From Octopus vulgaris (lineage: Eukaryota), in NCBI GenBank assembly GCA_951406725.2, contig OX597840.1:28458001-28522000 (forward strand): 64,000 nt of DNA, written 5' to 3'. Position 1 is the first letter of the stretch. Each line of letters opens with the position of its first letter. The position numbers were made by a program, and so were the translations under genes. Below the pieces are notes generated by a model. That model ran no database searches, was not told the origin of the DNA, and worked only from the letters and a program-made list of their open reading frames with translations. Shown here in pieces: positions 14,474 to 30,044 of this stretch.

Positions 14474-14632
14474 AGAGTGGCTGTGGGGTAAGACGTTTGG
14501 TTCTCAACCACATGGTTCCGGGTTCAGTCTCACTCAGTGGCACCTTGGGCTAGTGTCCTCGCCTATAGCCTCGGGCCGATCAAAGCCTTATGAATAGATT
14601 TGGTCGACGGAAACTGAAAGAAGCCCGCCGTA
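14474..14632 (+). mobile_element. SINE family A, 5' half
   Basis: GAGTGGCTGTGGGGTAAG..GGTTCAGTCTC..GGAAACTGAAAGAAGCCCG. Confidence 0.85.
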
Positions 14633-14638
14633 AATATA

Positions 14639-15025
14639 TCTATTATATAAAATCCGTTCTGTCTGTCTGTGTGTGTGTATTCTAGGATCGCGGGCATCCT
14701 CCATCCGATTGCGCTCGAATTTGATATGTAGATACCGACGGTATCAGGGCGTGTACAAGTTTTGAAACAAATTACAAAAATCGATTCCAGGTGAGAATGC
14801 GATCGATAAAGCCGTGGGAACGTGCATTGGTGAAAATCGTTTTTCTTGGAATAGAAAAAAATCTATCTTTATTTCTTCTTTTGCTGGTGTCTCAAATTTA
14901 GGTTAAATCAGTGTTTCTCAAAGGGGAGGCCTATGGGACGGTCGGACAAGTTGTTTTGAGAAAATTTGGTTTAAATGTTTGACAACTCCACACCGTCCAT
15001 TGCACGGGGAGGGGAGTTTTGCTCG
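14639..15025 (+). mobile_element. Short non-autonomous Helitron
   Basis: 5' A|TCTATTATATAAAA followed by (TCTG)n(TG)n, like the 5' end of the 39737-41233 Helitron. 3' CCGTCCATTGCACGG hairpin, then TTTTGCTCG|T (CTAG variant). Confidence 0.6.
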
Positions 15026-15026
15026 T

Positions 15027-15104
<78 letters not shown>

Positions 15105-15109
15105 CTTAT

Positions 15110-15232
15110 GTTGGCCTGCTCGCTTAGCCAGCGTGGTGGCGTCATTCGAAGGCTAAAACAATGCGAACGCATTGTGACCAGCGATATGTAACTACATCTG
15201 ATGGACTGGTCGGTCACGTGATCACGTGATAT
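15110..15232 (+). mobile_element. 3' part of another SINE-like repeat
   Basis: Ends GGTCGGTCACGTGATCACGTGATA between TA tracts. Recognised from memory of cephalopod repeats only. Confidence 0.45.
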
Positions 15233-15239
15233 ACATATG

Positions 15240-15300
<61 letters not shown>

Positions 15301-15314
15301 TATATATATATATA

Positions 15315-15511
15315 AAATTAGAAAAAAAACACCTTTTATCTATTCAAAATGAACAATTAAATTACACCATCTAGAAAATTACATATAAAAAAGGTTGGGT
15401 TTTTTTCTAATTTTTTATATATATATTATATTGTGTGAAATTTGAGTATTTCTAAATTGAATTTTTTTCCTTGTAAGTTTGGATTTTATTCCCTCAAATA
15501 ATAATTAAAGA

Positions 15512-15546
<35 letters not shown>

Positions 15547-15688
15547 TAGAAAAAATACCTTTTAACAATTCAAAATGAATAATTAAATTACACCATCTAG
15601 AAAATTACATATAATAGAAAAGTTGAAATTTAGTATTCTAAATTGAATTCTTTTTCCTTGTAAGTTTGGATTTTATTCCCTCAAATAA

Positions 15689-15692
<4 letters not shown>
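15315..15692. repeat. Duplicated AT-rich pLTR-like segments between TA tracts
   Basis: 15315-15385 resembles 15543-15612, and 15435-15503 resembles 15625-15690. The TTCCTTGTAAGTTTGGATTTTATTCCCT motif is related to 54770-54800. Confidence 0.6.
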
Positions 15693-15766
<74 letters not shown>

Positions 15767-16330
15767 AAGGAGCATATCCAAAATGTATCTCTCCTTTATA
15801 AGCGTAACTTGCCTTTATATATATATATAAGTATATATATATATATATGCGTATATACATACCTACATCTATACGTATATACTTGGGCACAGATACATAC
15901 GCATGTTGTAGTACACTCGCACTTCTAGTATATATTTTGCCCCTATAATTATTACTGTTTTTTTGTTTCTTTATCTTGTTATTAGTAGTAGTAGTAGTAG
16001 CAGCAGCAGCAGCAGCAGTGATAGGTGTTGTTGTAGTACTTTTGTTCCACAAGTTAAGCATGTCCGTCATATTAACCTATTTTAATTATATTTTGTTTTA
16101 AAAAACCATTAAAATTTCTGCACCTATTTCGCTGGTTTATTTTATTCATTTCATTTTTTCTTTATCAATCGATAATTTTCGTTTGCTTATAAATGTTATT
16201 TAAATCACCATCCTTATCTCCCTCATCATCATCGTCATCATCATCGTCATCGCCATTCTCATCGTCGTCGCAATCATCATCTTCATCTTCATCGTCGTTG
16301 GTACCGTTACCGTTTTTTTTTAAATAGAAG

Positions 16331-16383
16331 TTCTTACAGCTGTTTCTAGGATATTTATTAATTATATCCCTTCATCGGAGGCG
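16331..16383 (-). ncRNA. Hammerhead ribozyme, inverted partner of 17375-17426
   Basis: 16324-16404 is the reverse complement of 17352-17433. Stem I is weakened by substitutions. Confidence 0.7.
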
Positions 16384-16406
16384 GTGTGAATGGATAGTTA
16401 AGTCAT

Positions 16407-16501
<95 letters not shown>

Positions 16502-16529
16502 ATTTGGCTCAAAAGCAAATAGCAAGGCC

Positions 16530-16620
<91 letters not shown>

Positions 16621-16718
16621 TCATAAATGAGGGTGAAAAATTAGATATTAATTTAATAATACCGTCAGTTTAACACCAAGTGGTCTAGCACATAAAAACC
16701 AGTGAGACAGTACAAATT

Positions 16719-17061
16719 TATACGTAAATATAAGGGAGTTAACGTTAAGTGGTTAACTCCAGTGCTAGAAACCACAACTATGCATGCAATCGATCAGACC
16801 GCAAGAGTATTTATCGCCCGTGAGGGTCTGATAAATTGTATCGAGGACAAATGCTGCCGATGACTTATAGACAAATATGTGAACATAATTACATATTATG
16901 TTGATAAAGAAACAAATGTTCAGCATTAATCTATCTTTTCGTTGTATTTCGCTTCCCTTACGTTGAAGGTAATGTTATTTCTTCTGTGGAAACAACTTCG
17001 GTGGCTATACCAGAATAAGGAGCTATTTCTAGCACTTAACGTTAACTCTCTTATATTTACG

Positions 17062-17065
<4 letters not shown>
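16719..17065 (+). mobile_element. Penelope-like/retrozyme-like element with terminal inverted arms and an internal hammerhead
   Basis: 16719-16771 is inverted to 17026-17065. A second copy lies at 51719-52030 (-). Confidence 0.75.
16850..16927 (+). ncRNA. Type I hammerhead ribozyme (CCGATGA core)
   Basis: AATGCTG-CCGATGA-[extended stem II]-GAAAC-AAAT-GTT-CAGCATT; 7-bp stem I. Confidence 0.75.
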
Positions 17066-17093
<28 letters not shown>

Positions 17094-17096
17094 TAC

Positions 17097-17162
<66 letters not shown>

Positions 17163-17262
17163 ATGAATATACATATATATGTATATATATATGTATATAT
17201 ATACATATATATGTATATACATATATACATATATATACATATATGTATATATATATACATAT

Positions 17263-17354
<92 letters not shown>

Positions 17355-17374
17355 CTTAACTATCCACTCACACC

Positions 17375-17426
17375 GTCTCCGATGAAGGGATATAATTAAT
17401 AAATATCCTAGAAACAGCTGTAAGAC
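17375..17426 (+). ncRNA. Type I hammerhead ribozyme (CCGATGA core)
   Basis: GTCT-CCGATGA-A-GGGATAT-loop-ATATCCT-A-GAAAC-AGCT-GTA-AGAC. Predicted cleavage after 17422. Confidence 0.8.
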
Positions 17427-17524
17427 CTTCTATCTATAAATGCTCTAATATCTACAGAGCCTTGTTTTTTTTATCTTATTACGCAAAAAATTCTTACATA
17501 CACACGCTGACATAGAACCAACGT

Positions 17525-17610
17525 TGAACCCTTTATTCGCAATATTACCGAATCTGGAACTCAACTATGGTCTGTCTATAGCACTTTGGGTCTCAATGAC
17601 ACCATTATCT
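17525..17610 (+). repeat. Unclassified interspersed repeat, second copy at 48775-48885
   Basis: Both copies share TTATTCGCAA..AACTATGGTCTGTCTATAGCACTT..TTGGGT(C/T)TCAATGACACC and abut TA tracts. Confidence 0.7.
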
Positions 17611-17613
17611 CAA

Positions 17614-17668
<55 letters not shown>

Positions 17669-17786
17669 GTATAACGAGGTTAATGATATATACGATACGT
17701 AACCAAACAACGATATGAAACTAATATTAAAATAGCAGAAAAATAAAGGTGATTTGCTACTATTTCTTTAGGGTCTTTAACTGTAT

Positions 17787-17833
<47 letters not shown>

Positions 17834-17838
17834 AAGAG

Positions 17839-17934
<96 letters not shown>

Positions 17935-18284
17935 TGGGAGAGATTTTTATTATGACAGATAGGTGAAGTAGGCAATACTAGAAATAATAAACTAGTTATC
18001 GATCTATCGGGAGTTTGCTTAGTTCGATAGAATTGTGCACAATACAACAGAGTTAAATAAAATAAACTAAATACGTGAACCTAAATTTAATTAATGGATT
18101 AATTAAAAAATTACTCTAGAATGAACCATGTTGCTGTATAAATTATTCATGCTCGTTTGAGAGTGGTTTCAGAGTTGAAAATCCTCAATCGAAATGGCGT
18201 ATTGTACGGTATTGTGACACTATGGGTTTTCAAGCTTCATCAGCTAAGCTAGTATCTCTCCACACTACACTGTTTATTTATCTA

Positions 18285-18330
<46 letters not shown>

Positions 18331-18331
<1 letters not shown>

Positions 18332-18756
18332 GGGTGAATGTAGCAAGGATAGCACGTATGAATGACGAAGCCACCTTGAGCATAATCCTATGAACCGAGA
18401 AATTGAAAACAGAGGGTTACCCACTTGCAAACAAACTTGCTTTCCCCTTTACACCAGACATCATAACACTGTGATACACGATCCCTATTGATCGTTTTTT
18501 TTTTCCCTTTTCCCCTTTCCTTTCCCCTTTTTTCTTCTTTTTTTCATTTCTCTTTTCCTTTGTTCCTTTTGCTTTTTTTTATTTTATTTTTTGTTCTTTT
18601 TTTCCCTTTTACGATCCCTTTTAATCGAAAACCTACGCCACCTTTTTTTTGTTTCTTTTTTTCTTGTTTTTTTGGTCTTTTTCATCCCCCAAAAGAAAAG
18701 CTCTACCTTGTAACTTGTCCCATCTGTGTGCAGCCCTGTGTGGCTAATAAAGAAAC
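18331..18756 (+). mobile_element. 3' end of a Tx1/L1-like LINE inserted in (TATC)n
   Basis: Last codons WVNVARIARMNDEATLSIIL* (18331-18393). T-rich UTR with CGATCCCTATTGATCG hairpin, ending AATAAAGAAAC. (TATC)n on both sides. Confidence 0.7.
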
Positions 18757-18829
18757 TTATCTATCTATCTATTTACCCAGCTACCTACATATGTATGTAT
18801 ACATGTATGTATGTATGTATATATGTATG

Positions 18830-18875
<46 letters not shown>

Positions 18876-19013
18876 ATTATCTATCTATCTATTTATCTAC
18901 TAACCCAGCTACCTACCTATGTATGTATACATGTATGTATGTATGTATGTATGTATGTATGTATGTATGTATGTATGTATGTATGTATGTATGTATGTAT
19001 GTATGTATGTATG

Positions 19014-19130
<117 letters not shown>

Positions 19131-19354
19131 GTGAGAGAAGGAGTTCAAAAACCAAACCGATGCTGAAAGTGCGTTCAAAGAGTTCATCATCTCCAGAACT
19201 CCAGATTTTTATGTTACTGGAATAAACAAACTTGTAACTTGTTGACAAAAATGTGCTGATTGTAATGGTACTTACTTTGATGAATAAAATATCCGCATTG
19301 TTGAAATATATTATGCATTTCGTGTTTCAAACTGTTGCTTACCTTTCACTCAGC

Positions 19355-19464
<110 letters not shown>

Positions 19465-19479
19465 TTATACATACATATA

Positions 19480-20246
19480 CAGGGGTTGGACAAAATAATG
19501 GAAACACCTTGCATCATAGCATCGTAATTTTGAAATAACTATAAAACTGTCAAAAGCTTGTTTAATTTTATGTTGTTTGATTTATTAGTGTTGCTTAATA
19601 TGTTTTGCTAAAATTGCTGTTTCTTTTCAGATATCATCAGAAAAAGGTAATTAAAACTCATAAAAATAACAGATCTATCAGAATTTCAAAGAGGTCGAAT
19701 AGTTGGTGCTCGTATGGCAGGCGCTAGCGTAACGTAAACAGCCGAATTGTTTGGTGTATCAAGAAGTACCTTCTCGAAACTAATGACAGCTTTTGAGAAA
19801 GAGGGAAAACCTCCTCGTCGAAACAAAACTCAGGATGCAAACCAAAACTTTCAGATAGGGACCATCGGACTTTTACGCGAATTGTTAGAAAGCATCACAA
19901 AAGTACAGCTCCCAAAATTACTGCAGAACATAATGACCAACTCGAGAACCCAGTTTCCAAAAAACCTGTTCGCTGGGAGTTGCACAACGCCGGATTTCAC
20001 GGGAGAGCTGCAATCAGAAAACCACTACTTTCAAAAACAAACGTTGCTAAGCGTTTAGAGTGGAATAAAAACCTACAGAATTGTCCCCTAGAGCAGTGGA
20101 AGAATATTATTTTCTCGGTCGAATCATCCTTTACCTTATTTTCAACTACCGGCCGAGTATACGTGTGGAGACAGCAAAAAGAAGCATTTGGCCCAGACTG
20201 CTTTCGTTCAATTGTTAAATATGGAGGGGTATCTGTGAGGACTTGG
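19480..20246 (+). mobile_element. Tc1 transposon with decayed transposase, 3' truncated
   Basis: TA|CAGGGGTTGGACAAAATAATGGAAACACC terminus. Frameshifted ..TAELFGVSRST.. and ..RAAIRKPLLSKTNVAKRLEW..WKNIIFS(V)ES..RVYVWR..VKYGGVSVRTW. Confidence 0.92.
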
Positions 20247-21160
20247 GATTTGAAATCAGAATGTAAAGAAGCGGAATAAATGCTTCTAAGCATTTTGTCC
20301 GACGCACTTACGGTTCTGCCAGCTCGCAGCATTAATGATAATAATAATCGTTTCAAAGTTTGCCTCAAGGGCAACCATTTTGGGGAAGCGGATGTGTCGA
20401 TTACATCGGCCACAGTCTTCAACCGGTACTTATTTTATTATTTGAAGGCGGCGAGCTGGCAAAATCGTTAGCACGCCGGGCGAAATGCTTAGCAGTATTT
20501 CGTCTGGCGCAACGTTGTGAGTTCAAATTCCGCTGAGGTCGAATTTGCCTTTCATCCTTTCGGGGTCGATAAATTAAGTACCAGTTACGCACTGGGGTCA
20601 ATATAATCGACTTAATCTGTTTGCCTGTCCTTGTTTGCCCTCTCTGTGTAGTTAGTAAAGAAATAGGTATTTCCTCTGCCGTTACGTTCTGAGTTCAGAT
20701 TCCGCTGAGGTCGACTTTGCCTTTCATCCTTTCGGGGTGGATAAATTAAGTACCAGTTACGCACTGGAGTCAATATAATCGACTTAATCCCTTTGTCTGT
20801 CCTTGCTGGTCCCCTCTGTGTGTAGCCCCTTGTGGGTAGTAAAGAAATAGGTGCTTATTTTATCGACCCCGAAAGGATGAAAGGCAGAGTCGACCTCAGC
20901 GGAATTTGAACTCAGAACGCAAAGACGGAAGGATTACCGCTAAGCATTTTGTTCGACGCGCTAACGATTCAGCTAGATTACCGCCTTCCTGTAAATCTTG
21001 ATGTTTCATTAATCCAGAACGCAAAACTGGGACGTTTAAATCGACCCAGAAACGATAAAAAAAAGCAAAGTTGACCTCAGAGGTATTTGAACTCAGAGCG
21101 TAGAGGCGGATCAAATTCCACGAAGCCTTCAGTCCGATGCTCTGCCGATTCTGCCAACTC
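20247..21160. mobile_element. Cluster of SINE family B copies: 20247-20330 (-), tandem dimer 20445-20851 (+), 20855-20987 (-), about 21040-21160 (-)
   Basis: Repeated head and Meta-like core on both strands. Confidence 0.88.
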
Positions 21161-21237
21161 GGGACCTCTGGGTGTAGGGTGGAATTATCTATATATATGT
21201 AGATATATGAGTTCGGTTATCTGTTTGTGTGTGTGTG

Positions 21238-21287
<50 letters not shown>

Positions 21288-21517
21288 TATATATATTGTG
21301 TATATGTTTGCGCGTGTATATAGCAGGTTCTGTGTTATCTGCATGTGTGTGTCTCTGGTGTATATGTAGTGTGTGTGCCTGCGGTGATGGGTGTGTCATC
21401 CCCCACCTGTTTGAAGGCATGCAGTGATCCGAGGACTGTAATGGGAACGCTTTGTAGTACAGTAGTACACCACCACCACCACCACCGCCACCGCCGCCAC
21501 CACCACCACCACTGCCG

Positions 21518-21568
<51 letters not shown>

Positions 21569-21667
21569 TTAATAATAATAATGATAATAATAATAATGAT
21601 ACTTACATAAGCGTGTACATAATCTGTTCACGCAGACGTACATATATCTATATATGCTATATATATG

Positions 21668-21706
<39 letters not shown>

Positions 21707-21749
21707 GTTTAGACATATAAGTGTATATATATATATATTTTATACCCAC

Positions 21750-21789
<40 letters not shown>

Positions 21790-22377
21790 TATGTCCATAC
21801 ATACACGAGTGTAAATACATACACAGATACAAATATTTGCATACATACATGATTTGAGTGTTACATTCATAGTGTTACTTTCACATGTATGTGCATACAC
21901 GCACACATATATACATTCAAATGCACATACACACACAGACACACTCACACACAAACACACAAATACACAGGTTCTGCTACGCTGACATACACGCAAACGC
22001 ACGTAGACACACACACACACACAAACCCACACACGCATACACAGTTTCCGTCACGCTGATATACACGCGCACACATGCACAAACACACGCACACACACGC
22101 ACAAACACATAAACATACATCACACACACACATACGCACACATACACATATACAAACATACACAAACATACAACCACGCTGACATATACATAGACACACG
22201 CACACACACGAGCACACATACACATACAGAAGTCAACAGAGCGCTTAGGACACCTACGTGTGCACGCAAACCTACACACCCGTACATATACACACACACA
22301 CTTACACGCAACTCTCTGCTATCAATTCTACCCGCCCACCCTAACGTCGTTTGAAGCGATGGTGGGTGTGTTTATTG

Positions 22378-22772
<395 letters not shown>

Positions 22773-22995
22773 ATTGGAGATGTGGCGGCGTCGTGCCTCG
22801 TCGTCGTCGTTGTTATTGGTGGTTGCGGTTGTGGTGGTGGTGGCGGTGCGAACCAAAACACAATAACACTTCCCCACCCACTCCCTTTTGGAGCTGCACA
22901 CCACCTCCATAGATGTATTAGAATTGAGTAATACCCCGCCACCACCACCACTACCACCACTCCTACAGCCTCCACCATCACCACTCAACTAATAT

Positions 22996-23032
<37 letters not shown>

Positions 23033-23084
23033 ACAATAACAGTAGTAACAACACCAAAATTTTATATTAGCGGTAGACACACAA

Positions 23085-23136
<52 letters not shown>

Positions 23137-23179
23137 ATATATATATATATATATATACAGGTAACCCGTTTATAATAGA

Positions 23180-23212
<33 letters not shown>

Positions 23213-23319
23213 TACTTGTAAAGTTATTTCATTCATAACATATTTTTACACACACATATATACATTCGTTCATACATATATACATACATATAACTAATCT
23301 CTCTCTATATATATATATA

Positions 23320-23401
<82 letters not shown>

Positions 23402-23509
23402 CACATATAGATATATTTAGGTATATATATTTACACATACATATATATATATATGTGTGTGTGTATACATATACATATACATACACCCACACACTCACAC
23501 AAACACACA

Positions 23510-23554
<45 letters not shown>

Positions 23555-23717
23555 TCACACACACACACGTAAGGCATGCAAACAGAAAAGTACCTATATA
23601 TATATGAATTAATGTGTGTGTCTGTGTGTCAGTATGGGTGTGATTATGTGTGTGCTTGTACGCGTGCCTGCGTGTGTGTGTATCTACATAACAATTGGTT
23701 AACATAATGAGCCAAAT

Positions 23718-23770
<53 letters not shown>

Positions 23771-24084
23771 AGACAGACCGAGTAAATGAGGTAGAAAGTG
23801 AAAGAGGAAGAGAGAGAGAGAGAGAAAGAGAGAGAGACAGAGCGATAGAGGGAAACAGAAAGAGGGAGAGATATGGAGGAGAGAGAGAGAGAGAGGGAGA
23901 GGAAGAAAACGGAAGAAGACGATACGAAACATTTAATGAAAAAGAATGAGATGGAGTAGCAGGGAAGATCTACCAAGTTAATATTAGTTAATTATATTAA
24001 TTAAAACCTACAACCACCACCACCACCACCACCACGACCATCACGGCGACCACCACCACATGTAATTGTGGTAGTAGTGGTAGC

Positions 24085-24131
<47 letters not shown>

Positions 24132-24859
24132 CAGTAGCAGCAGTAGTAGTAGCAGTAGTAGTAGTAGTAGTGGTGGTGGTGTAATTAAGTAATTAAGAAA
24201 GGAGAAAGTGCGCTAAGTTACAAAACTGGACTAATTTTTTTACAGGTAAGTCGAAAAGTCGTTTGATATATCATTGCTATGTTGTTTACATTATACATAC
24301 ATACATACAAATATATATATATATATATATTGTTATATTTCGGAATGGTCATTTAGGTATATATATATATGTGTGTATATATATACATATATAAGCACGC
24401 ATATATACATACATATTATTGTGTTTATATACATCGTTTTGTTTCGTGTCTTTCTTAATTGCCTGTTTCTAATTTGTGTGTGTAAATATATATATATATA
24501 TAATGTACACGTTTATATTTGTCTGTATATATATGTATATATATATTTATATATATATAATGTACACATTCATATTTGTTTATATATAGTTAGAGATAGG
24601 TATACGTATGAATATTTATATGTATGTATATATATATATATACTTATACAGTCATATATATATATACGCACACTTATACACCTATATGTATATATATATA
24701 TATACACACACACAAACATATATATGTATGTATGTATATATGTATGTATAAATATATTATGTAAATCAGAAATATATATGTTTACAATTTTACAAATATA
24801 TACATATATACATATAAGTGTGTGTATTTATTATATTTATTATGTATTTATATACACGC

Positions 24860-24927
<68 letters not shown>

Positions 24928-24949
24928 GTGTACGTAATGTGTGTGTTTG

Positions 24950-25002
<53 letters not shown>

Positions 25003-25012
25003 ATATCTTACT

Positions 25013-25090
<78 letters not shown>

Positions 25091-25268
25091 GTGTACGTAT
25101 ATGTGTGTTTGTATATATATATATGTACATATGTGTATATCTATCTATATATATATATATGTATGTATGTTTGTGTGTATATATATATATATATATACAT
25201 ACGTACTACACACATCCACATATAGCTTAATATAGTTACGTACATACATACATACATACATACATACA

Positions 25269-25347
<79 letters not shown>

Positions 25348-25351
25348 GTAT

Positions 25352-25448
<97 letters not shown>

Positions 25449-25747
25449 CATACATGCATACATGCATATACATGTATGTAAGTATGTATGTATATTTGCT
25501 ATTTCTGTTCCTGAACGCTTAGATTGAGACACCTGGACACCTGGGTAGAAATACAAATAGTGAAACATGTGGTGGCTTTCATGCCGTCTCTCATCTTATC
25601 TCACCTGATCACACCTGCATGGGAACCAATAAACAAACAAATAAATGAATAAATTGCTTCTCTTGTTTAGAGAATAAGTCAGAGTTTGCAGACTCCTTTC
25701 ATTCGGGGTATCTCCCTCACAACGACCACAGAACAAGTAATCATCAA

Positions 25748-25813
<66 letters not shown>

Positions 25814-25900
25814 TATAATAGTAATTCTTCTCTTATTCTTCTTCTTATTATTATTGTTGTTGCTGTTGTTGTTGTTGTCATAATTATAGCTATTATTAAT

Positions 25901-26560
<660 letters not shown>

Positions 26561-27034
26561 ATCATTATTGGTTGTAGGAAAATCGGTGGAGCATCATATA
26601 TGACGTGTAGTTGTGCACGTTTTTGTTTTCTTTTACAGTTTTGAGTTCGAATCCCGCCGACGTCGGTTATATTGTTTTTTTATCGTTTTCCACGTAAAGA
26701 TGCGTTTGGGATTTATGAAACAAAGAACTTACTAGAAAGACAACGTTTAGGGTGAGCGTGTGTGTTTGGTACAGTCGGTGGTGGTGGTCGTGGTGGGGAG
26801 GTCAGTATATTCACCCACACCTACCCTTCCTCTTCTCGCACCCCCTCCCCCGCCTTGCATATGCATTACTCTCGTGCCAACGTTAGAAATCCTTGTTGTT
26901 GCTGTTGGTGGTGGTGGTGGGGTGGGGTGATAAAGATGATGATGGGGGGACGATGGTAGGGTGGTTGGGTGGTGGTGGTGGTGATGGTGTTACGTTTCAT
27001 GTCATTGTTGCAATTTGCTATTGGTGCTTTGGGT

Positions 27035-27142
27035 GCAGGCATGGCTGTGTGGTAAGAAGCTTGCTTACCAACCACATGGTTCCGGGTTCAGTCCCGCTGC
27101 GTGGCATTTTGGATTTGGTAGACGGAAATTAAAAGAAGCCCG
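27035..27142 (+). mobile_element. SINE family A head with internal deletion
   Basis: GCAGGCATGGCTGTGTGGTAAG..GGTTCAGTCCC..GGATTTGGTAGACGGAAA. Confidence 0.8.
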
Positions 27143-27153
27143 TGGTTATATAC

Positions 27154-27222
<69 letters not shown>

Positions 27223-27368
27223 TTATCGCCATACTAATATGGCATTCTTATAAAAATAAGAATAAAGCTGTCCGCTTATTAGCTCCATATTAGTATGGCG
27301 ATAACTAATATTTTCCGGGAACGCTGCCGTTGTTCTCTTTTAGAGAGACTTAGTAATTTTAATATTTC

Positions 27369-27416
<48 letters not shown>

Positions 27417-27574
27417 ATATATATATATATATACGTATAGATATCTATATATATCTATCTATATATATGTATATATGTGTGTGTCTGTGTCTGTGTGTTT
27501 CTCCACCACTGATTGACAATCGGTGTTGGTGTGTTTACGTCCCTATAACTTTTCAGCAACCCCTTGCGTAACAC

Positions 27575-27614
<40 letters not shown>

Positions 27615-27709
27615 CTCCTTTCAGTTTCCGGGGCTACCGTAGAAAGCTCCTATAGGACCGAACTCAGAACCATGTTAGGAAGCAGAATTGTAACCACACG
27701 GCCACATAC

Positions 27710-27865
27710 ACGAAAGGTACCTGGGTGCAAAATTCTTGGCTGTGGGTGAAAGAAAATACAGGAGGATCAATTAATGATGATTTTATTCAACATATTTCCC
27801 TCTCGGATTCACACACTTATTGCAGTGGTCTCTTTCCTCTTACTCTTACTCTTTACCCTTTTGTG

Positions 27866-27941
<76 letters not shown>

Positions 27942-28424
27942 CAGTAGCAGTAGTAGTAGTAGTAGCGACACTACTTTTAGTCGAACAAACCGACCCCAGG
28001 AATTATTCTTTGTAAGCCTAGTACTTATTCTATCGGTCTCTTTTGCCGAACCGCTAAGTTACGGGGACGTATACACACCAGCATCGGTTGTCAAGTGACG
28101 TTGGGGGAACAAACACAGACACACAAACACACACACACATATATATAAATATATATATATACGACGGGCTTCTTTCAGTTTCCGTCTACCAAATCCACTC
28201 ACAAGGCTTCGGTCGGCCCGAGGCTATAGCAGAAGACACTTGCCCAAGGTGCCACGCAGTGGGACTGAACCCGGAACCATGTGGTTGGTAAGCAAGCTAC
28301 TTACCACACAGCCACTCCTGCTCCTTCAGATTTTCTAAGACCTTTAAAAGAACTCGAAAGTTGGGGCCTCCAGCCAGGCCTTTCGCTGCACCCTTAAAGC
28401 CAGGAACTTTTCACCACCCTCTCG
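27710..28424. mobile_element. Mariner-type MITE split by a SINE A insertion (27830-28321, -) that contains an (AGT)n expansion
   Basis: 27710-27829 plus 28322-28424 together match 30162-30386. Right TIR AAAGCCAGGAACTTTTCACCACCCTCTCG|TA. Confidence 0.8.
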
Positions 28425-28752
28425 TACATCTACACGGCTATTAGTGGTGTTGCTTTTTTCTTCTGCTTCTGCTGTTGTTATTGTAGTTATTGTTGTATTG
28501 TTTTTGTTTTTGTTGTCATTGCTGTTGTCGTTAGTGGTGGTCATGATGCAGCTGCTGCTGCTTTTTCATTGTTGTTATAATAGTTACTGTTTTTGTTATT
28601 GGTGTTGTTGATACAGCTGCTCTTGGTAATATTGTTGATAATGTTTGTCATCGTTCTTAAAACTGTGGTTGTTGTTGATGATGATGATGACGACGATGAT
28701 GATGATGGTGATGATGATGGAGATGGGGATGATGATGATTATGATGATGATG

Positions 28753-28784
<32 letters not shown>

Positions 28785-29475
28785 GATGATAATGACGATG
28801 ATGATGATGATGATTATGATGATTATGATGATGGTGATGATGATGGTGGTGGTGGTGATGATGACGATGATGATGATGATTATGATGATGATGATGATGA
28901 TGATGGGGATGATGACGATGGTGAAGATCATCATCATCATCATCATCATGAGAAGGAGGATATTTCTGTTTTCGTTGGTTTTATTATTGTTGTTGTAGTT
29001 GTTGTTGTTGTTGTTGTCGGTAGTGGTGGTGGTGGTGTAAAAACCCCGAAACACATCTTTCACGGAACCCCTCCAACTTTATATCCGTTCCTGACCCCTA
29101 CATCACTCCCTACTCTCATGTTCAAATACCAACGGGTTCAGTTTCCCCTTTCATTTGTTTATGTTGCTGTTATTCAACTCTAGATCAGGTCGTATCGAGC
29201 AGCTCCTATCATCAGTGGCATTCCAAACATGCCACACCCATCTTATCGTATTTTCGTTTTCGTCTACCAAATCGACTTTGGTCGGGCCGAGGATACAGTA
29301 GAAGAGATTTCGACAAATTGCAGGGACGTAAATAAACCTGCACCGGTTGTCAAGCAATAGTAGCGGACAAACACACGCACACACAAACACATACACACAC
29401 ACACGCACTTGTATATATAACGATATCTGTTTCAACACACGATTTCACATCAGGAACTTGCAAAACAAATACATA

Positions 29476-29506
<31 letters not shown>

Positions 29507-29513
29507 TTTTTTT

Positions 29514-29910
29514 TTACTTGTTTCAGTCATTTTGACTGTTGCCATGCTGGAGCACAGCCTTTAGTCGAGCAACTCGACCCCGGGGCTTATTCTTTGTAAG
29601 CCCAGTACTTATTCTATCGGTTTCTTTTGCCGAACCGCTAAGTGACGGGGACATAAGCATACCAGCATCGGTTGTCAAGCAATGATAGGGGGACAAACAC
29701 AGACACACAAACACACACACGCATATATACATATATATTCATGTATATACGACGGGCTTCTTTCAGTTTCCGTCTACCAAATCCACTCACAAGGCTTTGG
29801 TCGGCATGAGGCTATAGCAGAAGACACTTGCCCAAGATGCCACGCAGTGGGACTGAACCCAGAACCATGTGGATGGTTAGCAAGCTACTTACCACACAGC
29901 CACTCCTGCG
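29514..29910 (-). mobile_element. SINE family A, full length
   Basis: Matches 884-1323. Confidence 0.92.
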
Positions 29911-29911
29911 C

Positions 29912-30044
<133 letters not shown>

